64,000 nt of DNA from Thermaerobacter marianensis (GTDB taxonomy: Bacteria > Bacillota > Sulfobacillia > DVGY01). The translations under genes and the position numbers were made by a program. Every line of letters begins with the position of its first letter. Within the stretch, counting starts at the first letter, position 1. The notes below the pieces were generated by a model. The model was given only the letters and a program-made list of their open reading frames with translations, made no database searches and had not been told where the DNA came from. Below are positions 28,518 to 36,946 of this stretch, piece after piece. The stretch lies in contig DYGY01000001.1 of the NCBI GenBank assembly GCA_020724425.1, forward strand, positions 89,501-153,500, given 5' to 3'.

Positions 28518-29471
28518 TCATGCTTTTAAGTCTGTAAGCAATGTATATGTTTTTGAGTCTCTTTGTAAGGCTGTGTTTAATCCTTTAGAGACCACATCAG
28601 CTAATTCTTCCATGAAAACATCTATTTCTTTTGGTGTGACTGTTAGATTGGTTACCCAGGGATTTAGAATTTCTTCAATAAGTTTTTGCTGATTGTCTCC
28701 AAGGTCATCTAGTAGTTGATAGAACTTATGTTGTTCTTTTAGTTCTCTTACCAGAATTTCAATTGTTTCCTGGGCGATGGTTGTTGCATGAACTACTGTT
28801 GGTATACCGATTGCTATTACCGGTACTCCGAGAGTTTCTTGTGTTATGGCACTGCGTTTGTTCCCTACTCCAGATCCTGGTCTAATGCCGGTATTGGTTA
28901 TCTGAACGGTAGTTAGAATACGTTGAATGCTTCTTGATGCTAAAGCATCAATAGCTATTACAAGGTCGGGTTTTATCCTGTCCACTACACCCCTGATTAT
29001 CTCTCCTGTTTCTATACCCGTAAGGCCTAATACTCCAGGTGTTAAGGCAGCTACGGGTCTGAGGTTTTTCCTTTGCTCTGGTGGGAGAATATCACCAAGG
29101 TGTCTTGTAACCATTAGGCGATCAACTACTTTTGGTCCTAGAGAATCTGGGGTTGCCATCCGGTTCCCTAGTCCAATAACTAGAACTGTACCAGAATCAG
29201 GAATGAGGTTAGTTAAGTGGTTCGCAATAGATTTTGCCACTTGTTCTTGCGCTTTTTTGCTGCGTTTGATTAGGTCTCTGTTTTCAATGGTAATATACTG
29301 GCCTTCAGGTTTATCAATATGGTCTGCAGCTTCAGGAGATGATACAAATACCCTGGTAATTAGGGTGGAGCCGACTGATTCTTCTTCAATGTGTAGTCCT
29401 GGCATTTCAGTGGTTCTTTGGACTGTTTCTAGTGCTAGGTCTGTATAGACCATGCCAAGAGGTCGTTGCAT
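28518..29471 (-). CDS. gpr: germination protease (spore endopeptidase degrading SASPs)
   Basis: GLGNRMATPDSLGP and other Gpr family motifs. ~317 aa. Confidence 0.85.
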   Translation of the reverse strand: MQRPLGMVYTDLALETVQRTTEMPGLHIEEESVGSTLITRVFVSSPEAADHIDKPEGQYITIENRDLIKRSKKAQEQVAKSIANHLTNLIPDSGTVLVIGLGNRMATPDSLGPKVVDRLMVTRHLGDILPPEQRKNLRPVAALTPGVLGLTGIETGEIIRGVVDRIKPDLVIAIDALASRSIQRILTTVQITNTGIRPGSGVGNKRSAITQETLGVPVIAIGIPTVVHATTIAQETIEILVRELKEQHKFYQLLDDLGDNQQKLIEEILNPWVTNLTVTPKEIDVFMEELADVVSKGLNTALQRDSKTYTLLTDLKA

Positions 29472-29626
29472 GTTATCACCCCAACATACTTTTTGCTATT
29501 AGCATTGACAAATGCTCGCTATATATTACAATCAACTACAGAATGCAGCCAGTTTTGACTAAAACTGCAGGGATTGTCGAGTATTAGGGCGAATCATTCT
29601 GGAGACCCAGAAAGGGGCAGTCAGCT

Positions 29627-30175
29627 TTGAGAGTCATTGGTGGCAAAGCCAAGGGGATGAGACTAAAATCCGGTAAAGGGTTAGATGTCCGCCCTACAGC
29701 TGATAGAGTGAAGGAAAGCGTATTTAATATGCTAGGTCAGTACATATCTGGTGACTTTTTGGATGTTTTTGCAGGTTATGGTGGTATTGGCATTGAAGCA
29801 GCCAGCCGAGGAGCTCAATCAGTTACCTTTATCGAAAAAGATAGGGGTAATGTGGGGATAATCAGAGAGAATTGTGATAAAGCGCGGATAGATAATATTG
29901 TGATTCTGCAAATGGATTTCCGGTTAGCTTTAGAAAGACTTGCTAGAGATGGCAAGGTTTTTGATTATGTATTTATTGACCCACCATACAGGCAGGATTT
30001 AATCTCTCCTGTTTTGGAACTGCTTCCTGCCTTGTTGAAAAGTGATAGTGTTGTTGTTGTGGAACAGCCAAAAAAAGAGGAATTACCTCTTAGGGAAGGG
30101 TATGTATTGACTAAGACTAGAAGTCTTGGTGATAGCAAGGTCAGTTTTCTGAAGTTGCAGGGAGGTAGTTTTTGA
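29627..30175 (+). CDS. rsmD: 16S rRNA (guanine966-N2)-methyltransferase
   Basis: MRVIGGKAKGMRL...DVFAGYGGIGIEAASRGA...DPPY motifs. TTG start. Confidence 0.85.
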   Translation: MRVIGGKAKGMRLKSGKGLDVRPTADRVKESVFNMLGQYISGDFLDVFAGYGGIGIEAASRGAQSVTFIEKDRGNVGIIRENCDKARIDNIVILQMDFRLALERLARDGKVFDYVFIDPPYRQDLISPVLELLPALLKSDSVVVVEQPKKEELPLREGYVLTKTRSLGDSKVSFLKLQGGSF

Positions 30176-30663
30176 TGTCTGATGCTTTAGTACCGGGAAG
30201 CTATGATCCTATAACTAATGGACACATTGATATTATTGAACGCTCTGCCCGGGTGTTTGATAAGGTGTGGGTCACAATCTTTACAAACAGCAGCAAGAAA
30301 CCTTTGTTCTCAGTGGAAGAGAGACTAGAACTAATCAAGGAGGCAGTATCTCATCTTGATAATGTTGTGGTTGATTCTTCAGAGGGGTTGCTAGTTGATT
30401 ATGCTAGAGAACGGGGTATTAGTGTTGTTGTTAAGGGTTTAAGAGCTGTATCTGACTTTGAATATGAGTTACAGATGGCTCAGATGAACAAGAGGCTTGA
30501 CCCGAAACTTGAGACTTTTTTTGTAACTACTAATGTGGAGTATTCCTATCTTAGCTCTAGCATTATTAAGGTAGTTGTGGCTAATGGAGGAAGTATTAAG
30601 GGGCTTGTTCCTAAACATGTGGAAGAGGCTTTAGTGGCCAAACTTGATGGTAGGGGGTGCTGA
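30175..30663 (+). CDS. coaD: phosphopantetheine adenylyltransferase
   Basis: PGSYDPITNGH nucleotidyltransferase motif. ATGA overlap with the rsmD stop. Confidence 0.9.
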   Translation: MSDALVPGSYDPITNGHIDIIERSARVFDKVWVTIFTNSSKKPLFSVEERLELIKEAVSHLDNVVVDSSEGLLVDYARERGISVVVKGLRAVSDFEYELQMAQMNKRLDPKLETFFVTTNVEYSYLSSSIIKVVVANGGSIKGLVPKHVEEALVAKLDGRGC

Positions 30664-30665
30664 TT

Positions 30666-31148
30666 ATGACCGAGCATTTACTCGCTTTACTAAGAAGAAT
30701 GGAAGAACTAATTGATAATAGTGGCAGAGTACCTTTGAGTGGGAAAATCATTGTTCCAGAAGATGATATTTATGATCTAATTGATGCTCTTAAGGAAAGC
30801 TTGCCCCGGGAGATTGAAGAAGCCTTACGGATTGTAAGGGAAAGGGAAGCTGTTTTGGATGATGCTCGTAAACAGGCAGAAGATATACTGCGTGATGCTT
30901 CAAGTTATGTTGATAAATTAGCTTCAGAATCCAATGTTGTTAAGAGAGCAGAAGAACAGGCTGAACAGTATATGGCAGATGCTCGTAAAGTAGCTCAGGA
31001 GATAAATAGTGGTACTAGAGAGTATGCTGATGATCTCTTAAAAAACGTTCAGGGACTGCTAGAGCAAAGCCTGACAGATGTTAAGAGAAGCCGACAGGAA
31101 CTAAAGGTAAGGAAGCCTATGGGTGATACTGAGAAGTCTAGTTCTTAA
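30666..31148 (+). CDS. hypothetical coiled-coil protein (160 aa)
   Basis: ATG 8 nt after GGGGGTG. Highly charged, helical repeat character. Its 3' end overlaps the convergent ylbJ stop by ~11 nt. Confidence 0.4.
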   Translation: MTEHLLALLRRMEELIDNSGRVPLSGKIIVPEDDIYDLIDALKESLPREIEEALRIVREREAVLDDARKQAEDILRDASSYVDKLASESNVVKRAEEQAEQYMADARKVAQEINSGTREYADDLLKNVQGLLEQSLTDVKRSRQELKVRKPMGDTEKSSS

Positions 31149-32361
31149 ACCAGGTGAATATTAATCTTAATCCTGACCGCAAATATACAATTAGAGTTAT
31201 TAAGAATATAAGAGCCAGTATAGCAAGGAAAATGGTTGCCATCAAGGCAAATCTATTTAACCAGGGAAGTTCTGCAACTATGGGTTCACCGATAGTTGCA
31301 AAAACAGGATGAAGTGTCTCATTGGTTAAGAGATAGGCAGTTATAGCTCCTGCGAGGATGGCATGAAGTAGTCTGCTACGGATGTATGGTCCAATACTGA
31401 TGTCTGTTCCCTGGATCATGGCTGCTACCTGGGCGTGCACACTAAGGCCACTCCAGGCTATAATGGCACTGGCAATGATTAGTCGCTGGTCTAGTGGAGC
31501 CATGGCTTCACTAGCCATTTGTGTTCCTAAGGATATCTCAAAGAGACCACTAATTATTGAGGGAGTTAGGGTGGTGCTTAATCCTAAGGGTATAAGTATA
31601 TAGCCGATAGCTATACTGAGATAAGAGATGAATCCAGTTGTATTTAACATCTGGATAATGACTGAGAAGAGAATGATGAAGCCACCAATCAGAAGAAGGG
31701 TGTTAACGGAGTCTCTGACAGCATCACCAAGGATCTGCCCTAGAGGACGGTTGTCTGCTGCTCTAGCACTGTTTAGTGCTTTCACTGCTCGTGAGAAGGT
31801 TCCTTCTGTTGATGGTGGGCTTTTGGTAATTGGAGCATCTTTTTTGTAGAATCTAAGAATTAGACCGGTAAGGAGGGCAGAGATGTAGTGGGCTGACATG
31901 ATAATGCCCGCTACTGCTGCGTTCTTAAACATGCCTACAGCTACTGCTCCTGCCATAAACAGAGGGTCTGCTGTATTAGTAAAAGACATTAAGCGTTCGG
32001 CTTCAGTCTTGTTAATCATATCTTGTTTTCTTAACCTCGCTGTAAGAATTGAACCAATGGGGTACCCTGATGCTAGGCCCATGGCCATAACAAAGGAACC
32101 TGTTCCTGGTACATTGAATAGTGGACGCATAAAGGGTTCAAGCATGACACCCATAAAGTGTACCACACCTAAAGCCATCAGTATTTGTGCTCCAATAAAG
32201 AAGGGTAGCAGGGCTGGGAACACCACATTCCACCAGATATCTAAGCCTTTAAGGGAGGCTGCAAAGGCTTCTTCCGGGTAAAGAACCATGGCAATTACCA
32301 ACAGGAATCCTGATAGAGCTAGGAAGTAGTTAAAGGTGAGGTTAGTTTTCAAAGCAATCAC
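31138..32361 (-). CDS. ylbJ: sporulation integral membrane protein YlbJ
   Basis: Polytopic membrane protein whose sequence pattern matches the YlbJ family. Same position and orientation as B. subtilis ylbJ after coaD. Confidence 0.75.
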   Translation of the reverse strand: MIALKTNLTFNYFLALSGFLLVIAMVLYPEEAFAASLKGLDIWWNVVFPALLPFFIGAQILMALGVVHFMGVMLEPFMRPLFNVPGTGSFVMAMGLASGYPIGSILTARLRKQDMINKTEAERLMSFTNTADPLFMAGAVAVGMFKNAAVAGIIMSAHYISALLTGLILRFYKKDAPITKSPPSTEGTFSRAVKALNSARAADNRPLGQILGDAVRDSVNTLLLIGGFIILFSVIIQMLNTTGFISYLSIAIGYILIPLGLSTTLTPSIISGLFEISLGTQMASEAMAPLDQRLIIASAIIAWSGLSVHAQVAAMIQGTDISIGPYIRSRLLHAILAGAITAYLLTNETLHPVFATIGEPIVAELPWLNRFALMATIFLAILALIFLITLIVYLRSGLRLIFTWFKN

Positions 32362-32412
32362 CCTTTCTTTAACACTATATGGTCAAGATTAGAGATTTAG
32401 GAGTCGTTTTTT

Positions 32413-33327
32413 ATGTCTGGTAAAGGTATTGCTTCAGTATTTTTGATAAGTATCGGATTAGTATACTTTCTAATCCAGAGTACTTTTCTTGTTGGTCTTG
32501 GACCTATTTGGAAGAGTGGTGATCTTGTATTTATTGAGGGTGAGAATAGACCCAATGAAGGTTTTTCTGTTACAACCATAGCTGTTTACGAAAATAGTTT
32601 TTTAGGTTTGATTAGTACTCTTTTTTCTAGTGATACCTATTTAATATCAAGAAGCTCCCTCATTCCTCAAGGTATAACTAAAGAGGAGTTTGAAAAAGAA
32701 AATCAAATATTGTTAACAGAAAGTCAGGCTCTAGCCTTATATGCAGCAGGAAATTATCTAGGTTATGAGCTTGAGTTAACCAGTCAGGGGTTTATGGTAT
32801 TAGATACAAAAGAACCTCTAAAAAGAGGAGACATACTGCTTAGCTCTGGTGAAACCAAGTTGCTTAGACCGGATGATTTTAAGAATTGTAACAGAGATGA
32901 TACATTAATCTTGTTAAGAGACGATAGTCTTTTGGAATACAATGTATCCTGTGATTTTTTAGCAGAAATTAGGGTAGTGATGGTGGAGCCTTTAGTGGTA
33001 GGTGTTAATGATATCAGGATTGATAGTGGTGGGTTTGGTGGTCCATCAGCCGGACTTAGTCTGGCTTTAGAGATTGTTGATAGGCTAGGTTATGATGGTT
33101 CCTTATCTTTAAAGAGTGTTGCTGCTACGGGTATTGTTGACTTGAATGGACAAATCTTGCCTGTTGGTGGTATACCTTCGAAGGTAAAGAGTGCAGAGGC
33201 CAGTGGTATTGACATATTTCTTGTGCCAGAGGAAAATTATGAAGAGGCAAAAGGAATGGCTACAACTCTAGAGATTTACCCTGTTTCATCTCTAGATGAA
33301 GCGATACAGGTGCTTTTAGCAAACTAG
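32413..33327 (+). CDS. ylbL: YlbL/SepM-family protease (PDZ + Lon-like S16 domain)
   Basis: N-terminal TM segment and a C-terminal GGPSAGLSLALEIV Lon-type serine motif. Confidence 0.7.
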   Translation: MSGKGIASVFLISIGLVYFLIQSTFLVGLGPIWKSGDLVFIEGENRPNEGFSVTTIAVYENSFLGLISTLFSSDTYLISRSSLIPQGITKEEFEKENQILLTESQALALYAAGNYLGYELELTSQGFMVLDTKEPLKRGDILLSSGETKLLRPDDFKNCNRDDTLILLRDDSLLEYNVSCDFLAEIRVVMVEPLVVGVNDIRIDSGGFGGPSAGLSLALEIVDRLGYDGSLSLKSVAATGIVDLNGQILPVGGIPSKVKSAEASGIDIFLVPEENYEEAKGMATTLEIYPVSSLDEAIQVLLAN

Positions 33328-33331
33328 TTGT

Positions 33332-33360
33332 TTGACAATAGGGTTCCGTCCTATTATAAT
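33332..33360 (+). promoter_or_regulatory. consensus sigma-A promoter TTGACA-17-TATAAT for yceD-rpmF
   Basis: Perfect hexamers with a 17-nt spacer, 37 nt upstream of the yceD ATG. Confidence 0.7.
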
Positions 33361-33396
33361 TGCGTTGTGAATCCTCACAGATAAGGGGATTGAAAG

Positions 33397-33873
33397 ATGC
33401 GTATTGATGTATCAAATCTTATGTATGATGACATGGTATTAGAGGTTGAGGGTCAGGAAACATTTGCAGTACTTGAGGTTAGCAAGGCCAGGTATCGCTT
33501 TTTAGAGCCTGTATCTTGGAAGGCTACAGTGGCTAAGAGTGATAAGGGATATCTGGTTTATGGAAAAGCCAGGGTTGTTTTAGAACTTGTTTGTGATCGC
33601 TGCCTTTCTGAGTATGTATGGGAAGATGAGATTGAGTTTTCCTTTGATACTGAGGAAGAGAATATCTCTTTAGATGGGGAGTTTCTTGATCTAGAAGATG
33701 TTCTTTTGGGTGAGATTGTTGTGGCCTTACCGGTCAAGCTTTTGTGTAGGCAAGAGTGCAAGGGCTTGTGTCCTGTGTGTGGTACCGATTTGAATGAGGG
33801 TCAGTGCGATTGTCAGGTACCCACAGGAGATTTACGTTGGGCCAAACTTAACAAGTTCTTTGAAAAGAATTAG
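33397..33873 (+). CDS. yceD: YceD/YlbN (DUF177) 23S rRNA accumulation protein
   Basis: C-terminal CxxC...CPVCGTDLNEGQCDC motif. Immediately upstream of rpmF. Confidence 0.8.
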   Translation: MRIDVSNLMYDDMVLEVEGQETFAVLEVSKARYRFLEPVSWKATVAKSDKGYLVYGKARVVLELVCDRCLSEYVWEDEIEFSFDTEEENISLDGEFLDLEDVLLGEIVVALPVKLLCRQECKGLCPVCGTDLNEGQCDCQVPTGDLRWAKLNKFFEKN

Positions 33874-33893
33874 AATGACAGGAGGAATCTATT

Positions 33894-34070
33894 ATGGCAA
33901 ATCCAAAACGTAAGTGGTCTAAAGCCAGGACAAGAACTAGAAGGTCACAGTGGAAATTAACAGGACCAAAGCTTGTAGAATGCGCTCAATGTCATGAGCT
34001 CAAATTACCTCACAGGGCATGTCCAAACTGTGGATATTACGCAGGTAAGGAAGTAATGGAGGTTGAGTAA
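33894..34070 (+). CDS. rpmF: 50S ribosomal protein L32 (58 aa, below the ORF-track size cut-off)
   Basis: MANPKRKWSKARTRTRRSQWKL...CPNCGYY. AGGAGG RBS. Confidence 0.9.
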   Translation: MANPKRKWSKARTRTRRSQWKLTGPKLVECAQCHELKLPHRACPNCGYYAGKEVMEVE

Positions 34071-34086
34071 TGTCAACCTCTTTCTT
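34058..34086 (+). terminator. intrinsic terminator 1 after rpmF
   Basis: GGAGGTTGA-gtaatg-TCAACCTC then TTTCTTGTTT. Confidence 0.6.
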
Positions 34087-34104
34087 GTTTAGGGTATAGT
34101 CTTT

Positions 34105-34137
34105 GAGAACCCTCTGTAATGGAGAGTTCTCTTTTTA
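34105..34137 (+). terminator. intrinsic terminator 2 after rpmF (tandem)
   Basis: GAGAACCCTC-tgtaatg-GAGAGTTCTC then TTTTTATTT. Confidence 0.55.
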
Positions 34138-34161
34138 TTTCTAATTGTTTATCTGGAAGTA

Positions 34162-34190
34162 TTGCCTTAATCGTCCATCTCCAGTATAAT
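34162..34190 (+). promoter_or_regulatory. sigma-A promoter TTGCCT-17-TATAAT for the fapR-plsX-fab operon
   Basis: Near-consensus hexamers, ~75-nt leader. Confidence 0.6.
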
Positions 34191-34202
34191 AAGTGGAAAG
34201 AA

Positions 34203-34219
34203 ATTAGTACTTAGTCATA
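34203..34219 (+). promoter_or_regulatory. candidate FapR operator (TTAGTAC-tta-GTCATAA)
   Basis: 17-bp imperfect inverted repeat. The left half is identical to the FapR-box half-site TTAGTAC. It lies immediately downstream of the -10. Confidence 0.4.
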
Positions 34220-34265
34220 AGATGAACTATTAAAGGCTCGCCTAATGAACGGATGGTGATAGAGT

Positions 34266-34859
34266 GTGGGGACTCTAAACAGAAAGCAAAGGCAGGAGCA
34301 GTTGGGGAAGACTCTTGCTGAGAATCCATTTCTGACAGATGAGGAGCTAGCTGAACTCTTTAATGTTAGTGTTCAGACTATTAGATTAGATAGATTGACT
34401 CTTGGTATTCCTGAGTTGAGGCTTAGAACTGAGGAGGTAGCTAGAGCCAGTATTGAAAAGGTTAAATCTATAGGTACAAGGGAGATTGTTGGTGAGTTAG
34501 TTGATTTGGAATTAGGTGATTATGGTATATCCATAATGGAAACTACTAGTGATATGGTTTTTGAGAAAACTAAGATTGTTCGTAGTCATTATCTTTTTGC
34601 TCAGGCTGATTCTTTAGCGCTGGCTATAATTGATGCTGATATCGCTGTAACCGGTCTTGTTAATGTTAAATACAAGAGACCTGTAACTGCCGGGGAACGT
34701 CTTGTGGCTAAAGCTGAAGTGATCAGACGTAGAGGTGAAGATAAGTTTGTGGTTCTAGTAACGACCAAGTCAGGTCAGGAACAGGTTTTTAGAGCTAAAT
34801 TTGTTGTTTTTGTTCTAAGAGAAGGAACTGACGGTATCAGCGCGCAATTAAAGGACTAG
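34266..34859 (+). CDS. fapR: fatty acid and phospholipid biosynthesis repressor
   Basis: N-terminal HTH (NPFLTDEELAELFNVSVQTIRLDR) plus a C-terminal hot-dog thioesterase-like domain. Precedes plsX. Confidence 0.85.
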   Translation: MGTLNRKQRQEQLGKTLAENPFLTDEELAELFNVSVQTIRLDRLTLGIPELRLRTEEVARASIEKVKSIGTREIVGELVDLELGDYGISIMETTSDMVFEKTKIVRSHYLFAQADSLALAIIDADIAVTGLVNVKYKRPVTAGERLVAKAEVIRRRGEDKFVVLVTTKSGQEQVFRAKFVVFVLREGTDGISAQLKD

Positions 34860-34886
34860 TTGATTTAATGATAAGGAGTGGTCCAG

Positions 34887-35918
34887 GTGCGAATTGCCGT
34901 AGATGTCATGGGAGGAGATCATGCTCCTCAAGCAGCAATTGAAGGGGTTCATGAAATCTGGCAGGAGAAGATTTTGCCGGATGCTAGATATGTGTTAGTG
35001 GGGCAGCAAGAAAGGATTGAAGCATATCTGGATAGCTTTGAGGATTCTTTTAGGGATGTAGTGGAGGTTATTCATGCAGAGGAAGAAATCACTGCAGATG
35101 ATGATCCTGTTAAAAGTGTGAGACGTAAAAAGAATTCTTCTATGGTTAAGGCTTTGGAACTTGTCAAAGAAAAAGAGGTAGATGCCTGTGTTTCAGCTGG
35201 TAATACCGGGGCTTTAATGGCAGGTGGTTTGCTTATGACTGGTCGATTATCAGGTGTGGATAGACCGGCATTGGCTTCACAAATCCCTACAGTTAATGGT
35301 AACGGTGTTTTGTTTCTTGACTTAGGAGCAAATGCGGAATACAAACCAGAGCATCTTTATCAATTTGCTGTTATGGCAAATGTATATCTTGAAAAGATTA
35401 TTGGTATCAAAAGGCCAAGGATTGCTTTGCTTAACATTGGTACAGAAGAGAACAAGGGGCCTGAAGGCTATAAGAAGGCATATCAGTTGCTAAAGGATAG
35501 TAGTCTTAATTTTGTTGGTAATATGGAAGGCAGGGATATCATCTCTGGCAAGGTTGATGTGATTATAGCTGATGGCTTTACTGGCAACATTACTTTGAAG
35601 GTTATGGAAGGTGTAGCCATTGATATGTTTGCCATGGTAAAAGAGGAACTGACTGCGGATTTCACTAGCAAGGTGGGTGGGCAAATAACTAAGCCAGCAC
35701 TAAAGAGAGTATATCGACGAATGGATTACAGACAGTATGGTGGTGCCCCACTGTTTGGGTTAAATGGTCTTGTGGTTAAGTGTCATGGTAGTTCCGATGG
35801 TACAGCTTTCAAGAATGCTTTAAGGGTGACCGGGGAGATGATAACTAAGGAACTGGTCGCAAGTATTAAGAGTGAGATTGACAAGGGTATTGAAGAAAGA
35901 AGGGTTGTTGTTGACTAA
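34887..35918 (+). CDS. plsX: phosphate:acyl-ACP acyltransferase
   Basis: GTG 8 nt after AAGGAG, giving MRIAVDVMGGDHAP. Confidence 0.9.
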   Translation: MRIAVDVMGGDHAPQAAIEGVHEIWQEKILPDARYVLVGQQERIEAYLDSFEDSFRDVVEVIHAEEEITADDDPVKSVRRKKNSSMVKALELVKEKEVDACVSAGNTGALMAGGLLMTGRLSGVDRPALASQIPTVNGNGVLFLDLGANAEYKPEHLYQFAVMANVYLEKIIGIKRPRIALLNIGTEENKGPEGYKKAYQLLKDSSLNFVGNMEGRDIISGKVDVIIADGFTGNITLKVMEGVAIDMFAMVKEELTADFTSKVGGQITKPALKRVYRRMDYRQYGGAPLFGLNGLVVKCHGSSDGTAFKNALRVTGEMITKELVASIKSEIDKGIEERRVVVD

Positions 35919-36915
35919 TCGAGCAGCCGGGGTCTGGGGTATTGGTTCTTATGTCCCCGAGAAGATATTATCGAACTTTGACTTAGAAAAAATGGTTGAT
36001 ACTAGCGATGAGTGGATAACTACGCGTACAGGTATCCAGGAGAGAAGGTTAGCTGCACCAGAGCAAGCAACGTCGGATTTAGCCTATTATGCGGCAGATA
36101 AGGCACTGGCTGATGCCGGTGTTAAAGCGGAAGAGTTGGACCTAATTATTGTTGCTACTTCAAGTCCAGATCATCTCTTTCCAGCTACTGCTGCACTGTT
36201 ACAGGAACGCTTGGGAGCGAAGAAAGCAGGAGGTTTTGATCTTAGCGTTGCTTGCTCAGGTTATATATATGCACTGGCTGTAGCAGCTCAGTTTGTTGCT
36301 ACAGGGTTACATGAAAAGGTTTTGGTTGTTGGTGCTGAGACCTTATCAAGGATTGTAAATTTTGAGGATAGAGGTACAGCAATTCTCTTTGGTGATGGTG
36401 CTGGAGCAATGGTTATTGGACCTGTAGAGGCAGGTTATGGCCTTATGGGTCATCACCTTGGGTTAGATGGCAGTGGAGCAGAGCTTTTGTCTTTGCCTGC
36501 GGGTGGTTCTCGAGAGCCATTGTCAGAAGAGGTGTTAAAAAACAAGAGGCAGTATGTTGATATGAATGGCAAAGAGGTATATAAGTTTGCTGTTAACATT
36601 ATGGGAGATGCTACCCTAAAGGTGTTGGAGACTACCGGGTTAACACCGGAGGATATTGATCTATATGTGCCCCATCAGGCAAATTATCGAATCATTGAAG
36701 CTTCTGCTAAAAGGTTCAATTTTCCGATGGAAAAAGTTTTGATCAATATCCATAAGTATGGCAATGTCTCTACAGCAACCATACCTCTGGCGATTGATGA
36801 GGCTTATCAGGAAGGCAGAATTAAGGATGGTGATAATCTTCTTCTGGTGGCCTTTGGTGGTGGCTTAAGCTGGGCGGCATCCCTTTTACGTTGGGGAGGG
36901 CGACCAGAAAAATAA
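35911..36915 (+). CDS. fabH: 3-oxoacyl-ACP synthase III (start among TTG codons 35905-35911)
   Basis: GIGSYVPEKILSNFDLEKMVDTSDEWI and the active-site C/H/N pattern. Overlaps the plsX stop. Confidence 0.85.
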   Translation: MTNRAAGVWGIGSYVPEKILSNFDLEKMVDTSDEWITTRTGIQERRLAAPEQATSDLAYYAADKALADAGVKAEELDLIIVATSSPDHLFPATAALLQERLGAKKAGGFDLSVACSGYIYALAVAAQFVATGLHEKVLVVGAETLSRIVNFEDRGTAILFGDGAGAMVIGPVEAGYGLMGHHLGLDGSGAELLSLPAGGSREPLSEEVLKNKRQYVDMNGKEVYKFAVNIMGDATLKVLETTGLTPEDIDLYVPHQANYRIIEASAKRFNFPMEKVLINIHKYGNVSTATIPLAIDEAYQEGRIKDGDNLLLVAFGGGLSWAASLLRWGGRPEK

Positions 36916-36946
36916 CGGGGATATAACCCAAGGGAGAGGTGCTAAT

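Noticed and set aside
29472-29560. sigma-F/sigma-G promoter for gpr.
   Set aside because: I read the reverse complement. I found only weak partial matches (GCATT..., no clear CATnnTA or GGnnAnAnT at the right spacing). I cannot support a call.
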